Of a DNA stretch of 64,000 nucleotides, positions 11,782-26,415 are shown one piece after another. How positions within the stretch are numbered: position 1 is the first letter of the stretch; every line of letters starts with the position of its first letter. The notes beneath the pieces are model-generated. The model searched no databases. It had not been told where the DNA came from and was given only the letters and a program-made list of their open reading frames with translations. This DNA is from Laetmonice hystrix (taxonomy: Eukaryota), in contig OZ249436.1 in NCBI GenBank assembly GCA_965235115.1, forward strand, positions 36,024,001 through 36,088,000. The letters run 5' to 3'. A program made the position numbers and the translations under genes.

Positions 11782-14037
11782 AAGTAAGTCTGCCCACCAT
11801 GTTAAAGGATATGGAGTATTTTATAGCATCACCTGAAAATTTAAGAGCATCTTACGGTCTGTGTGAAAAACAATGAGTCTGCCAACAAAGACAATTAAAA
11901 TATTTTCGCCAAGGAGCAGACGAGTCGAGAAATTAACTGTATTCCGTTTCAGGGGATCCATATACACTGTAACAGGCGACGGCAATTTTGTTATGAGCGT
12001 CAACTTTGATGGAATTTGATGGAATTCATCGCACAAAGGTCACGGCCTTATTGAAGATTTTAACATAGCTTTTGATTTCATTTCTTATAACCAGGATGGG
12101 TTCGTGCCGTGGAGGATTTTAACGCCTTCCCTTTCTGAAGTTTCCATCTTCTACTATTTCTGATAAGGAAAGCAAACATTAAGCAATGCGCGACGTAATG
12201 CATTCAAAGTGCTGAGGTGAAGTGTGCGCCAAGGACGGTTCGAGTTAATGTATCTGAGTACACTCGAAGCAGTCAGCTAGAAACAACTCTTTGCTACATT
12301 AAGCCCCTTGCATGTCTCACCATCACGTGCGGGAGACGCCTTCTTACAAGCCCCAACACTGCTTCCACAAACGCCCCTACTTGATCACAAAGGTTTTGAT
12401 TACACTGAGGATAACATTACCAATTTCTAATATCAATATGAATATGGGATGGGTTTTCGCCACACACTTCTTAAAACATTAAGATCTGGGTTAGGCTGGA
12501 CGAATGCCATTGTTGTAAAACGTTCGACTGTGTTAATTATGACGGTGATGTAACGAATAATTGAAGCTTGTAAAATCAATGTTACTGAGATTCTCTACTA
12601 AGTCATTAAAATATTTCCATTTTCCTCATTCTTTTTACGATGCTGTCCGACATCAACGCCAAGAAAGTTCTTGAGTAATACTCATTTTAATCAGACCAAA
12701 CGTTGTTGAAGTGTTCACAGTTGAAATCCAGGAACCCCCACGACAGCACCAGTCATACCTTTTGGTTATAGTTTTTTTCATGCAGATCTGCCGTAATTGC
12801 CCCTTTTTTGTTAGCTGTTATCATGGCGTGCCTAAGGGCCAATATTGAGAGGATATGAAGTTATTGCACGCCGACAACTGCATGCACGCACTTCTAATTG
12901 ATACTGCTGGACGCCAGTAATGGCACCTATATCGGTCCGGCAAAGATGAAAGGAAGCTCATAGAGGTGGACCGAATCAATAGGTTCTTGGCTCGTCTGTG
13001 CCGTACTCCGCCGCGGGAACGCAGACGGGCAAGCTGGAACGCAAGGCCGGAATGAGAATTCTGGAACATGAAGGCTAAACAGGAGGCTAGAATGTGCTGT
13101 CTGCCGCGAGACAGACGACATTCCATCGTGTCCTCAATGAAACTAAAGTCGTCTGCTACGATACCAACACAAATTGGTCCAGTAACTTACGCATCAGGAC
13201 ATTCACCAGAATTACAAACAACAAACGACAGGCCGTACAACCTGTCTGCTCCAATCAGCCATAGTCGACATCAGGACAATGGAAACTTCCACTGGTTGAG
13301 ATCAACGTACTTAGGTTAATTCCCTTTAATCAGATTCTTTATCGCATTAGGCTGTGATGGCAAACTATGAAGAAGAATAGTTTTCAGGCAGTGGGGACGG
13401 TTCTATAGTGGCCTGTTTTCCAAACCTCCACGGCCATGTTTCTTTCTGTATTGTCTCCTGTGTCTCAGTTAATGCCAATTCCTGTCAGTGTCCTCAAGCC
13501 ACAAAAACTCGGGAAGCGATAAATCGGCAGAAGAAGTGTACGTGACCTTTCAAAATGTCAAATGTTTTGTTTCGCAGGTGATCCTCTAGCACGTTTCTAC
13601 CGACAGCCTGAATTTATATCCAAGACGTTAAGTCACATGACTTTGGAGGGAATTTTTACCAAGTTTTTGAGCCAATACACGCCAGCAGTGAGGTAGTCCT
13701 TAAGGTCGTCAGTTTAGTATACAGGGTGTATGCATACACCAGAGCAGGAAATCAGTGCAAGCCCTGCGGAACAAAAGTGCAAAACGTACGAGTGGGGTGG
13801 GAGGCTGTAATCGGTGGCTTCCGACACAGGCCACTGGCACCAGTGATTGAGCTTCCTTCAGCCAGTCAATATCAGCCGGCTCATCTCGTTGGCTTCACAC
13901 CCACTATTTGTACTGGACTACCCCCGCAATAACCACTTACGGTCTACTGGCTCACCCAAGAGAGACAGAAAAAAGAAGGCTCTAGGTATAAAAAGAGAGT
14001 TCAAAGTGTGAGGTCCACCACAAGGCAGCCGGACAGG

Positions 14038-14137
14038 CCAGAGATACAGTGCTTACTGTGGGCTGATGAGACCAGAGATACAGTGGCTACTGTGGGCAGT
14101 TGAGACCAGAGATACAGTGGTTACTATGGGCCCAGAG
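14038..14137. repeat. 34-bp tandem repeat, about 3 copies
   Basis: CCAGAGATACAGTG..TACTGTGGGC at 14038, 14072 and 14106. Confidence 0.9.
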
Positions 14138-14859
14138 AGGGCAAGCATGGCTTTATACCGGTTCAAGCTGATTCAATTAGGAAAATCGAGGAAGTAGTAA
14201 GATTTCTACAGCTTGCTTATTTAACCCTTTCACCATGTTTTGCTGCCATAGGCATCCTCTTGAGGGGGATTCCAACAATTCGTCTTATTTGAGGAATCAA
14301 ATCATGAGGTGCATGGGAAGTTGAACCCATCGCCAGGCATCAGCTTGGTGAATTCAGCAGCTCATTAAGACGGCCATGGACAGACTGGGAGTGTACAGAA
14401 TGAGCAAACCTCAAGGGCGAGGACACGAGGGACATGTTGTATTCATGGAGTCTCCTTGCCTCACTAAACAACCCTACCTAAAGACAACCACATGATAAAC
14501 AGCCAATTAACACTCATCTCACTCTTTCTATACATGCAGTCTCGTGCTCCTTCTCCTAACTTTTCTCCCTCTCAATACAGACATTTATAAAACAATCACT
14601 GTTTACTGGAAGGTCTTCACGCTGTACACTTCTTTGATTAGCCTAGGGTTTTAGCCGTTCGTTATGGCAAACATATTGCTTTTAACACATCACCATCCCG
14701 TACATCCAATCTACAGTGATCTGGAAAAACCTACCAAGTCCACTTTGCCTCATTTTGAGAAGACCGGGACAAACCAACCGTTCCTCCCATTGAGGTGCAT
14801 GCAAACGCTAGGGTTTTCCAGGTCAATAACTATGAATTGCGTAGAGTTCTGATCTCTTG

Positions 14860-14971
14860 TATAGGACTATATGAAAGGGCAAAACCTAGTTAGTCCAAAA
14901 ATGAGACTAACTCAAATTGGACAAAAACTCGACTTACTAGGTTTTTGCAAATCACTATAGCAATGTCTATA
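14860..14971. repeat. Small fold-back / nested inverted repeat (probable MITE remnant)
   Basis: GCAAAACCTAGTTAGTC...GACTTACTAGGTTTTTGC encloses an inner GTCCAA..TGAG..CTCA..TTGGAC hairpin. Confidence 0.55.
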
Positions 14972-16231
14972 TTGGTATTTGTCCCGTCAGTCAATGACGA
15001 TTATTTTAACATTCTCTCACAGCATATCGACGGTTTTTCATTGTTGTTTTCAGATCAGCACGCAGACATACTTTAACGACTGGGAACAATAAACACCTAC
15101 AATGGTTTGATAATGGACGACCTCGGTACCACCGTGTCCAGAGGATGATAGATGTGTGAGATGTGTTTTATTACCGACAAAACAGCGACCACGTCCACAA
15201 TATACAATGGCAAGGTCAAAGTTACGTCTGAACAAACTGGGAATACCAGCGAGATATAATACATACCGGTAGATCCCACCAACAAACAAAATAGACTTGG
15301 TCAAAATGACTAATGACCTCTGCCCCCGCGTCCCGCTGAAAAACGATCTCCTACGTAAGTTATATGAAAAAGATTGATCTTATATTTCATGACGTGTCAT
15401 GAACGAAAGATACCTAAAATCTCCACTGAAATCCCCACGGCTGGTTCAAGCCTGGATACTGAAAATATTGACTTTGGATAAGAAATTCACTTTTCCAACT
15501 TCGCCGACCAAGTGACACGGAGTGACTTTAAACGTGTTGTCTCGGTTATGCTGTCCCTATGTTTTCCCTGTCGTTTTGTGGCCACCTGTTGATCATGGAG
15601 GGGTGGTGGTGGGTGTCATGGTGAGTGTACATACACCCAGCACTCAGACCAAACCCTGGCGTCTGAAGGTGAACACTGACAGGTATTACCAACAAGAGGG
15701 TCCCACTTCACGCTACCTCAAACACATCACTCTCAAACCTCTCTGACCTAGATATTGTACAAATTCATGATCCGAGTTTTAAAACTCTAGTTAGGATGAC
15801 GTAAACAAAGATATAAATCCTCTACAATGCGCCTACCCCTGGGGAATCCTAATGAGGTCAATGAGCCTATTCTTCTATGACCATTAAGGATAATGTGATT
15901 GCTATAAATCCCATGTGCGAGAATAATGATGCGTAGTTACTGCACTAATGTAAGCTGGCTTCAGGTTGCAGTGGTTGTGGGTATGTGGGGGTGGTATGGC
16001 CTGAGAGGACAAAGAGAACCCAAGGCAATAACAGACAACTAACCAACCCATGACTAGCTTCCCAACTATTTACCTCAAGGTGGATCTAATCGAACGAAAA
16101 CAGCCCATGACTGCGTGGGACGAATAGCTGAGGACATGTCGGGAGCATTTTTGTGATAAAGATTTCCTAAATTCATATGGTCTAATTGTACCCGGTATTT
16201 GAAATAAAATCATGCTATCGTGTATCAAATA

Positions 16232-16299
16232 TACAACCGTATATCCAGCTTTTTGGATTTAGTTCTACAACTGTATATCCATCTTTTTGGATTTAGTTC
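16232..16299. repeat. 34-bp tandem duplication
   Basis: TACAAC(C/T)GTATATCCA(G/T)CTTTTTGGATTTAGTTC x2. Confidence 0.85.
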
Positions 16300-16859
16300 T
16301 CAACATAGAGATAATCAATTTAATATACCAACTCGCTAAATTCTTCCGAGCCATAAGAGACTATCTTATGTTGACATTTTGGCAGCATGAGACACCTAAA
16401 CAAGTCAAATTTTATTGTTGTTTGTATGGCACACTTACCCGTCGTTGGTGGACAGTGTCACTGAGATGGTCTTTGCTGGACCTGTGTGCTCACAGTACCG
16501 ATGTCGGTTAGCAAGGCAGACAATGGTAGCTCCGTACTGGTACGAGCTTATTAAAACAAACTTCAGACAATGTATTACTTGTATTACTTTACGTATTTTT
16601 GCCGGTAGGATGGAATATTTACACCTTATTGCCAGCGTCTTTCCATAAACAATGTCCACGCGTTCGCAAAGGGCAATCGCCTGGTTTTTAAACGTCATGA
16701 TTTTTAGGTTGCATTCGCATTTAAATTGGCTAGATTTAGTGAGGCATCCTGTCAATTATCTGGCCGTTGACAGTTATTTATGCATGGTTCAGTATTGTTT
16801 TTGGACAACGGATATGACATCTGAAAAGGCCAACACGAAAACAAGGAGCCAGAAAAAGG

Positions 16860-17145
16860 TTCTGAACACCTTTTGGACAACACTCCAATTACAGTCAAGC
16901 AAGGGGACAACAGTCTCAGATCAAAATGCTGCAGAACGAACCCCACCTACACACAATCTGATCGCTACCGTTACCACTTGATACCAGTGGATTTTTGGGA
17001 AAATCAATACAGCTGCAAAAACTAAGATAATGCAATGATCATTGCAGATAGCCATTCCCAGTTGCCATGCCATTCGCCAAGCCAATGGACTGATGAACCT
17101 GCCAGTTGGACCACGATATCAGGATGGCTGTCATCATGCACCACT
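16860..17145 (-). pseudogene. Decayed SRCR (scavenger receptor cysteine-rich) domain-like exon
   Basis: After a TTTCTAG acceptor-like site: IVVQLAGSS..W.G..HGNW / AICNDH / GNGSDQI / SE....LLDC.W in shifting frames, matching the order of SRCR motifs (RLVGG..GRVE..GQWGTVCDD..G.GSG.IW..E.SL.DC). Confidence 0.33.
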
Positions 17146-20100
17146 AGAAACACAAGCCATTACGGACGGCCAATCTACGGTCATGCAGTTCTCTTATCAA
17201 GTTTCCGGGTAGTCCGAGCAAGCCATGAATTATGGTTTCCATTCATACCTTCTTGAACGGCTCTCTGAAAACTCGAAAAAATTTCCCTCTCCAACTTAGC
17301 TGCAGGACATGTCAGAAATGCAACATTCCATAGGCTTTTATCTGCCATATCAATATACATGTAAACAGTGGCCTACATTTGGGAGTCAATATGTCAAGTT
17401 TTCAAAGATTCTGTCTCCGGGTAGACTGGAGACAACGGCACTGGCTCTGGCGGCCGACAATGGTTCCACCGATGAGGTAAGATCGAGCTTGACAGTACAG
17501 GGCTGGCTTGTGTCTGACAGGCACAGCATTACCATGATAATGAAAACGGACTCATGATTCAAGAGTATATCATACCTGAAGCCGGCGATTATTCCTGATA
17601 AAGGCAAAGTCCGGCTTGTCGAGGTATCTCTTTTATCATTTTAAAGATTAGGCTGTGAGGGCTTAGAACCTGAACGGTTATCTCTTATTTCAACTATTTA
17701 TTTAACGGTACTTTTACAATATATTAGTAATTTGCTATCAGCCTCCTGTGAAAGGCAATATCTGAGTCCTCCGGGCGTTTCATGTTCCTGAGCGCCGTGG
17801 ACTGGTAAGCTGGTACCCCAACTGCCCCCCCCCCCTCCCCTTGCCCACCCGTCATCATACCGGTAAGTCCATTAGGGGCCACCTCTCTCCTCTGTGGTGG
17901 AGGTTTTGTTCAGCACGCCCAGGGCCATTCCTCACCTGTGTGGCGGAGAGTGTTTCTTCAACCCACCCAGACCCATGTCTCCCCTCTGTGATGGAGCGTT
18001 TCTTCAACCCACAACTACTAGCTACCTCTCCCTTGAGTGACGTACAGTGTTGCTCAGGTCTTCCGTCGGCAACTTTCGATTATTCTTACCATGCAATCAG
18101 CCTAGTTTCACATGGTCCATCAAGTTTTCTCCCTTTAATATAAGTATATCCAGCCACTAATCTGCTGATACCCTGTTCTTCATCATTATGGCAAAAAGAA
18201 AGAAAGAAGGGCCTTATAAATGGTTATATTATTATATTAGAGACAAAATAAACTGCCTAATTGTAGAAATATAGCTTCTGATGTATGGGTTACCGTCTTG
18301 CGTCATTTAGATCTGCACAGTTCTCTATACTAAACATGTACCACAAGTTATCAAGGAGGCAGAGACCCTTAGAGCCGTGAAAAACCCCAAGGAAGGCCGC
18401 TTAGGCGAATTGGTACCATTAATACCTGACGGCACTATTATACAGCTACTACTGTCAACGTTTGAAGCCGGCGACAAATGGACAAAAGATTACAACAAAT
18501 CATCCGAAACGTAGCAGGCTAGAGCAACAATAAAGGAAATCCCATCAGCGTCATGTGCAAGAGATATATACTGAAAGTCCGGCAGCCATCAAAACTAGGA
18601 TTGGATGCAACGACAGAAACTGCGTGTATCCTGCCTGATAATGGATACTAAGCCAAAAAAAGACTGCAACGGTAGCGAGCCATGCGTGCCGACAATCGAT
18701 GGTATCCTTCATCTGATCTTTATATACCATCTCAGTGTCATCCATCCTCAGCCAATCTCAGCCGTGCCGCAACTTTTACGCTGGTAATGCATGAATCAGC
18801 TGTTACAAGCGCTCATTAAGTGGCTCGATGTGGTCATTAAGTGGAATATGGTCGTTCTGCAGCTCCTTTTCATGACCTCCTACTGCCAGTACCAGTGTTT
18901 GACAGGTAAGATTGACATGGGTCTTCTTCCAGCTGCTCCAGTGCTCAGTCACCTGTCAAAACAATTTACGTTCCAGCCGGCGTTGCATAAGGCAGGTCAA
19001 TCTGTACAGATATTACTACAGACTAGCACTAAGTCTGACGTAGAATATTCTCTTTAAACATGACAGAATAAGCACCAAGCAAGTCATTAAGTTCAGAGTA
19101 GGCCTAATCTGAAAGAAGGCTGCTTACTGGAAGACCTTTACAGAAATGGGAGAGACTGGGATTGGTGGGTGAGGGATGTTATGAATGTTCACCGTGGATG
19201 TCTTTATAAGCGTCTTTGTAATATGTACATTATTATTACTTGGATCATAGTGAAGATTATTTAGCATAAGACACTATAACAAGATACAGCAGTGTACCCC
19301 TTGTCCGGTACATGTATCTCAGCACTGTATGGCATCAATCAAAGCGGCACACCTTTACAACCAGAAGCACTTGGTGCTCTGTCTCCATCAACGGTGGTCT
19401 TTTTCAGCTCTCCCCGCGTACTGCTTCGGGCGGCTACTTGATCATTCCCAAATCACCGCGACATTTCCAGCTGTTTTTCGACATGGCAGCAGCTGTTGAA
19501 AAGATTCATTAAGGGCGTACGAATGGTAATGTAACGACGATTAATTAAGCTGTGTGTAATAGTTGATGGAATATTGATAAATTCAGCTGAAGTTAACCAC
19601 AGCGGGCGGCGGGGACAGTTAGTAAAGTGTCGGGCCCAGACCAGACGTAGTAAACGGTGGCCTTTGATACCCTCACGACCACGGCGAGCGACACTGCCAA
19701 TTAAGCTACTCGAAGATTCCGTCTCATTGACAGGCACGACACTAGGGAAATGTTTCCATTGTGTTGTCACGAATCGCCGGTATTATGTTATTGGAGGTCT
19801 CTCTGCCGACCTCATTAAGTGGCTCCTCGTTATTCTCCTTTTGGAGCCATCGTCTACGTGGAAAATACAACAGTGAATGGCACGTACACATCGCGTTCTA
19901 CTGAGGTTGACGAATGGGAAAACCAAGTCTTGCAGGGTTCGGTTTTATAACATATGAGGGGTGTACGTGTTGAATATGGTCGTTCCGGGAATTCCTGCAG
20001 CAGAACGCTGTACTCAAGGGTCTGTGTCCTTCAGGTCTTGTTACACCAAGCTACCATTCAGAGGCAATGCCTAGAACATACATGAGAATCCCAAAGAGAA

Positions 20101-22229
20101 AGCTGAGCATTACAATCTCATTAGTGTCTCATTAAGCTTCCTGTCTGACACAACACATACATACGAAATCATTATTCTATGCGTGAAACCACCTACGTAT
20201 ATAACACGCAGTTTTCGAATGGTAGCGACGTGCAGCAGTTAAAGTCAGCGCCACGGGCATGTCCGTGGAATTGGAACATGACCTGGTAGGTGTTGACTGT
20301 CAATCAAAACCTTGCACTGTGGGCGTGCCGACACTGTGTTCTACAACACTGCCACTCTGTCAGCTTCCTACCTATATTTTAATTTAAACAAAGCTTGACG
20401 CTGAAGCCTTATCATCCTGCCATTTTACGTGCCAATTACTGCTAATTGTACTTCCGCAAGTGCCGTTAGAGGTAAAGTGTGAATTGGAGTAAGTGATTCA
20501 GCAAGCAGCCACTATAGCTGAGCACGAATAATAAATAACCCAATATATAACGAAATTCCTATATTATTTTTTGTTCAGGAAAACTCGAAAAGCGCCCCAC
20601 AATGCGGACATCGTGTACGCTAAAACCCCTAGTGGGAGTGGTGGAAAGTGCGTGCCGGATTATAAATGAAACTGGCTTCACCCAGAGGTCTTAATCGTAA
20701 GACGGAACAACTGAGGCTAATGGGGACTACATATATCGGTCGGAAAATAGCCATTTAGCTGAGGGCTTTTCCTTGAAATAGTGTGTCCTACTTAAGATGG
20801 CTTTTTATATAGAAATAAATGCCCCTCCTTTTTGCGTGGTACGTGAGATCATAGCCAAACCGCTAAAATACCCCAGGGCTTACCCGGGATGTTCATGCGA
20901 AACCTTCGCTGTTCTAGAATGTTTTTTTTTGTCTGAGTATACATGATACCTTGTCTTAATGTGATGACGGTTTCTTAAATGTAAGATGATGACCTACACA
21001 TGGAAACCTAATTCTCATACAGAAGTCCTTCGGTCTAGAGGTGCAATCATAAACTCTGATGTCACACCCCGGGTAGGTAATGTACCCATGCTCTTCCCCC
21101 AATGCCAACAAACGTTATTTGTGTTGTCGGTACAGAGATTTGCCATTAGGAATGCCCTACTTCTCCTCGGAAACCAGTCTAAATGGCACGCTCACAAGAA
21201 GGACAAGGCGTCTGTACCTGGGATATCATTAGGGCATACTTTGTATAGTAGATCACTGCGGTCGGCCGCCAAGGCGAACACAAACAGAGGTTAGAGCATG
21301 ACACAGTACTCGTGTTCACCTACACCACGCCGGGTATATGGCTGAGCTGAGACGAACTGAGCTGAGCTGAGGTTCTGATATATGGTGAAAAGTTTCTTGT
21401 GTGAACCTCAAAACTGACAGGCTTCGAATCTAATATGACAATCCCCCACCAAAACAAACAAAAAAAAAAACCCTCAAAAAAACTAGTTGTTCGCATGCCC
21501 TTTTATCAATGGTATCAATTTAGTGACCACTGAATCTTAAAATAACAAAAATACATGTCACATTTAAGTCCAACCACGTGAACACAAATGGTAAATTTGT
21601 TGGCATAACTTTTGTTCTAGAGTAATTATTTAAAGTGTTAATTATCTGACGTGGAACTCGCCATTGAGCTCGCCCGCATTGAGACCTTTCACGAAGCTGA
21701 TAACGTAGAAAATATGCTTCCCCTCACGGAGATCTCTGTGAGACACGAGGGCCTGAAGACTCCAAGTGACCCCTGACATGGGATTGGATGTCTGCCATCT
21801 GAGACGGGATCTACATCTTAGTCATTATGATATATCATATACAGGCCAGCTGACCTGCTTTAACTGGGATCCCTCCAGTAATGGCATACAGAACGACACT
21901 TGATCTTCTCAACGTCAGATAGGATCATTCCCATTTGGAAACTTGCCCGGGCGGCGAAATGGGCGGTGGACAGCGGTAGAGTAAGTCTCGGCCAATTCAT
22001 TGGGCTTTGTTCAGCCGGTCGTACATTACTTGAGGAGGGCGGCCGGGAGATTGGGCCTGGCTTCAGGTATCTCGGCTATGGTACATTCAATGAAATACGC
22101 GGGGTTAAATGTTGTGTGGAGAAGACGCACAATGGCCTACTGGAGGCTGGGCCCTTCTACGATCCCTGTCTAAATGTTTGAGGTAAAAAGACAACCCTGC
22201 AATGCCTGGAGGCGGGCAGTGAATTGTGT

Positions 22230-22800
22230 AGTTGGAGGGCCAGGTTATTGATGCTCCTCGTTTTTTTCACCGCTGTTGGCTTCGTCTGCGCGGACCGCCG
22301 CGCCAGTCTGGACGCAGGAACCGTGCGGCTGTCGGGACAGCGGCCGCACCCTCCCTCCCGGAGGACGCTGATGGCTTCCAGATGCTTATTACTCCACTTG
22401 AAAGATGCCACGCTCCAGTGGCTGCAGGAGCTGGAGCAATTCTCTATGGCGGCTCTTGTCATCAGAACATCCCCTCAGCCCCTGCAGAATTATGCAAGGG
22501 AGGGCAAAGTACATCCCCAATGTGGGGTCCTCACAGCAGGGCTGCAGGGCCTGACCCACGCCGATACCCTCCGCCGAGGAGGGACTTATAGATCTAGTTC
22601 TGGGAGGAAATACTGGATCAAAGAGTCGGCATAAATCAGCTTCCTGTCTGTCTGTGTACAGACCATGTTGGGATTACTGCACGCAGGCATTGAGGCCATA
22701 CAGAACGAGAAGCCGTCACACGACCGTCAAGTGGGCACTAATACCCCGGTTGTGTACAGGGCCAGGTAATTCACATAGAGCGAGTTGTCCTGATAGCGGG
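22230..22800 (+). mobile_element. Decayed Ty3/Gypsy-like gag remnant
   Basis: GC-rich block encoding LLLHLKDATLQWLQEL (gag-like L.G.A..W), followed about 400 bp later by a broken zinc-knuckle-like PRLCTGPGNSHRASCP. No LTRs or pol seen. Confidence 0.35.
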
Positions 22801-22988
22801 CCATCCGTCCTCGCCCCTCTCACGTGTTCTTATCCTTCGATTGATTGGGTTATGGCTCCCTCTGACACATGAACATCCCGTGGACGTGACAAGCGCTTAG
22901 CGCTCCTCCACAGTCATGTCCTTCCGTGCTTATACTAAGTTATAGAGGACTACGCTCACAATGTCCCCACCGCGCACGGCCCCACAAC

Positions 22989-23400
22989 CTACGCAACCTT
23001 TCTGTTCTGAGGGCATTTTGTATAGCCTCGTGTGGCACCAGGCACCACAGACAGCTGTGTCAGCTTGTGTGTTTGCAAGCTTGAATTCTCAGCTTCTGCG
23101 TGAAGCAGCTGATCGTTTGGAGTAAGGTTTGCAACTTTTAAGTCCTTCTTATATGTAGTTATAAAACGTCTCGACACTCCTGTGACTAGGACCTTTAAGG
23201 AGGCTTTACCTCCGGCAAACAGCTGGGGACACTTTCAACGTCGACTGAACTCAGACTTGCTAATGCTTCTTACTGTGGTGACAAAGTATCAAAGTAACCC
23301 CGAGACGAGGCCAGTTCATCCCTGTAGATATTCTGACTACATGTATTGGGACGTGAATTCTTCTCCACTCCATCTCTGGGACCGCTTTTTCTCTAACTTG
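22989..23400 (-). mobile_element. Decayed RTE-like LINE 3' coding end
   Basis: GVSRRFITTYKKDLKVANLTPN resembles the RTE C-terminal GRP..R.KD..K.DLK...I.P motif, with a weak RL.YF upstream. Confidence 0.3.
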
Positions 23401-23791
23401 TATTCAGTATAATTAGCTGGCGACATGCGAGTACGACAACCCCTGCCTACCATTAAAACCCCTTAATGATGTCATGTCACCGGCCCCAGTAGCCGCCCCC
23501 TCATACTGTACGGGGGATTAATTAATCCCGTCACATCCCTCATTATACAACCGGAGCTAATTCCCACCTGGAGGACGGGCGCTTCCAAAGAGATCTGCTG
23601 AAACTAGATATTGTCCCACAGGCCTAAAATATAATGACAACCTGAGTCTGCAGTCAGCAGCAGAACGGGATTGTGAGATCTAAAACACTCAGACCACAGA
23701 CATATCGGGTCATCATGATCGTATCGAAACTATTGTCGGGAAATACTGGACAGTCCCGGGCAAGGTCAAGTCGTATACTACCTACATAATG

Positions 23792-23950
23792 CCTTGCGAC
23801 GTCCATGCGATTTTTGATTTAATGGTAGAATTTCACTCTGAAATTCTTCCTGGCTGGCCTTCCATGTTTCAGAAAATGGGTTCCATCCTTTAATCTCAAA
23901 ATCACAGTAAAATAAAAGGGGGATATCAAAATCGCATGCACGTCGCAAGG
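23792..23950. mobile_element. 159-bp MITE / fold-back element
   Basis: CCTTGCGACGTCCATGCGATTTTTGAT ... ATCAAAATCGCATGCACGTCGCAAGG: ~26-bp TIR with 1 mismatch and 1 indel. No clear TSD. Confidence 0.75.
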
Positions 23951-26415
23951 AACATCGCCTAAGTGGATCAGGCCCTTAACTCACAGCATACAGCAGTATG
24001 GCTTCCGGATCCCGTGTTCTGCCTGAAGTTGGGATTTACGTCATAACAAATTGCAACAAATCTCATCATCCGCCCCTTTAATATACTGTAATCTTCTGCA
24101 TGGTTTAGAGTGCATGTCCAACATCACTGAGGGCGTGTTCTGTGCACTGACCGACCAAGTTTAACAATATATGACCTGCATTGACGACTCATGGACAGGA
24201 CAATGGAATACGTCTATGACAGGAGTTTTTCTAGAACGGTACCTGCACTGCCGACTCATGCACACATGTTTTGGAGAACAGAATGACAGGAGCTTTATGA
24301 AGAATCTATTCACAAAGGGCATGACGCCTATGTCCGCTGTTGTCAGCCCCCCCCCCCCCCCCACTAACACCGTTATCTTGGGGACCGACCTGCCAACCAC
24401 AATGGACCTTTCCTCTCTACCTGCCTGCAAACGACGGTTTCTGTCTCCACCGCCATCCGCTGACACCCCCACCATGGACTAAACCTGATCACCAAACGGA
24501 GCTGGCCAAAACAACCCGTCCCCGCCAAACCATCACGTCGGGCGTTCCCCAGCCGCCGGACCGGCCTATAAATTATACGGAGGCTTGTTACTCGATCTAC
24601 GATTTAATCAAGCCGCGCACATCTTAACTCAGATTGAGGATGTCCTCATGGCAGCACAGAAGGAGATCAGGCTGTCTACCCCCTAAAACACTGAGAGATA
24701 CTCTCGCCATGATATTAACTCAAACACAACTCCCATCCATCCCGCCTTATTCCTTAGAGATTCATATGACAGAAATATACCATTCTGGCCGAGTGGGGCG
24801 TCAGCGGGTTTACATTCTACCAACGAAATACGCATGTATTCTTGTGTGATTAACTTGTAGGATTGGCAAGCCTTAACAAGCGGAGTGTACAGTGGACCTA
24901 GCACAACATGCCAAACATATGTTCCCATTCCATGAGCAATCAGAAGCCTCAAGGTTGACACAATTCCTTCTGCCTTAGTGTCAGACTTTCACTACGCCCA
25001 GGGGACACGGAATTCTGTTAAACCTAGACCTTATAATAGATTCATCACGATTGCTGTGCTTACTTTATTACTTACTTAATAACTGCTTTATTTGGTGAAT
25101 AATTTTAAAACTATAACTCTTGCCGACGTTTCATGAAAGGATTAAACCGTTTAAAGCTGCAATTTCTAAAGAGATCTAGTCGTGACAGTTTCCAAAAACA
25201 TGGGAGACCTCTTGTACAGAACCCCTTTAATAACTCCTGTGTTCTTAACATCTTTTCCCCCCTAGAAGTTTCAAGCCACATTATAAGGACTGTAAAGGCT
25301 AGGATTTTCTCTTTCAGAGCACGGACATGCCTGTAGGCATTGCTAAAACAGGCCCAGACGCCCTGATCAATATCACTCTTTTTTTTGTTCGCATTCACTC
25401 AAAGAAAATCAAACAAAACCTCGACAAAAGAACGGCAAAACGTCAAAACGATGATAATCCTAAAAATGTCATGCGACTTGTGCTTCTCCTGAAGGGTAAT
25501 ACGTGGGAAACTGGGAAGTGGCTTCGAGGCTGATAAGAATAGACACCTGCCACTGTCACGTGACCCTGCCCCCGCCATCCAACTCCACCATCTATCTACC
25601 TATTGTCACAACTGCTTTCTTCCTTTCTCCATGGATATTAAAATTTTGGATCTCGCTACAAGTGTCAACAAGCAATATCTTATCAACTATGTATCAAAAT
25701 GAAGACCTATAAAGTCATAGAACCGAAATCTTTACGGTCTAGAAAATTGAAAAACTTATAATTTGCAAGACAGCAGCTGTTTTTTGGCTTTTTCTCGATG
25801 AGTTCAGTCAGCAGGGCTCTTGCGGTATAAAGGATCTGTGTGCAGTTATTTCTGTCAGCAATTGGCCAGGGGCATAACTGCTTTAATTACCTCCCAGACC
25901 GTGTCCCGTTTAGTCCTTGGTCGGTACCAGTTACATATATATTATACGGTAATGAGCCATATCCACACAACAACCTTAAAAGGCACAATGAGACCTGCAA
26001 CGTGGCGCTCGATACTCCCCAGAGATTCCCAGACCCACGGACAGCTGGCCTACCATGCGGAAATACAAGGAGTTTATCCCATTCGCTGGATCGATCACTG
26101 TTGACAAAAGTTGACTGAGCATGCAGCTGGACTTGACTGGGTCTTGTCAAGTTCACCCAACCATCTGGGTTTGCGGCCTGTGACTATCACTATGTATGTT
26201 AGAAAGAAGGCATATAGGAACAATAGGCCTTTCTTCCCGGCTGTCATCTACCAAAGCTCATCTGTCATTGTCAGGATAGTAAAAATATTGGCATATAAAA
26301 TGTCAAAACTGGTTAGAACGAAATCAGGGAATAGGGTTCCACAGCTCAACAAACTAGAAACAGACTGACATTCTTCCTCCTGTGTTACCTTTGAATGACA
26401 AAAACCAGAACAAAC

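Noticed and set aside
12840..13200. LHADNC (transposase-like) and an Arg-rich broken frame
   Set aside because: The expected following residues are absent; unassignable.
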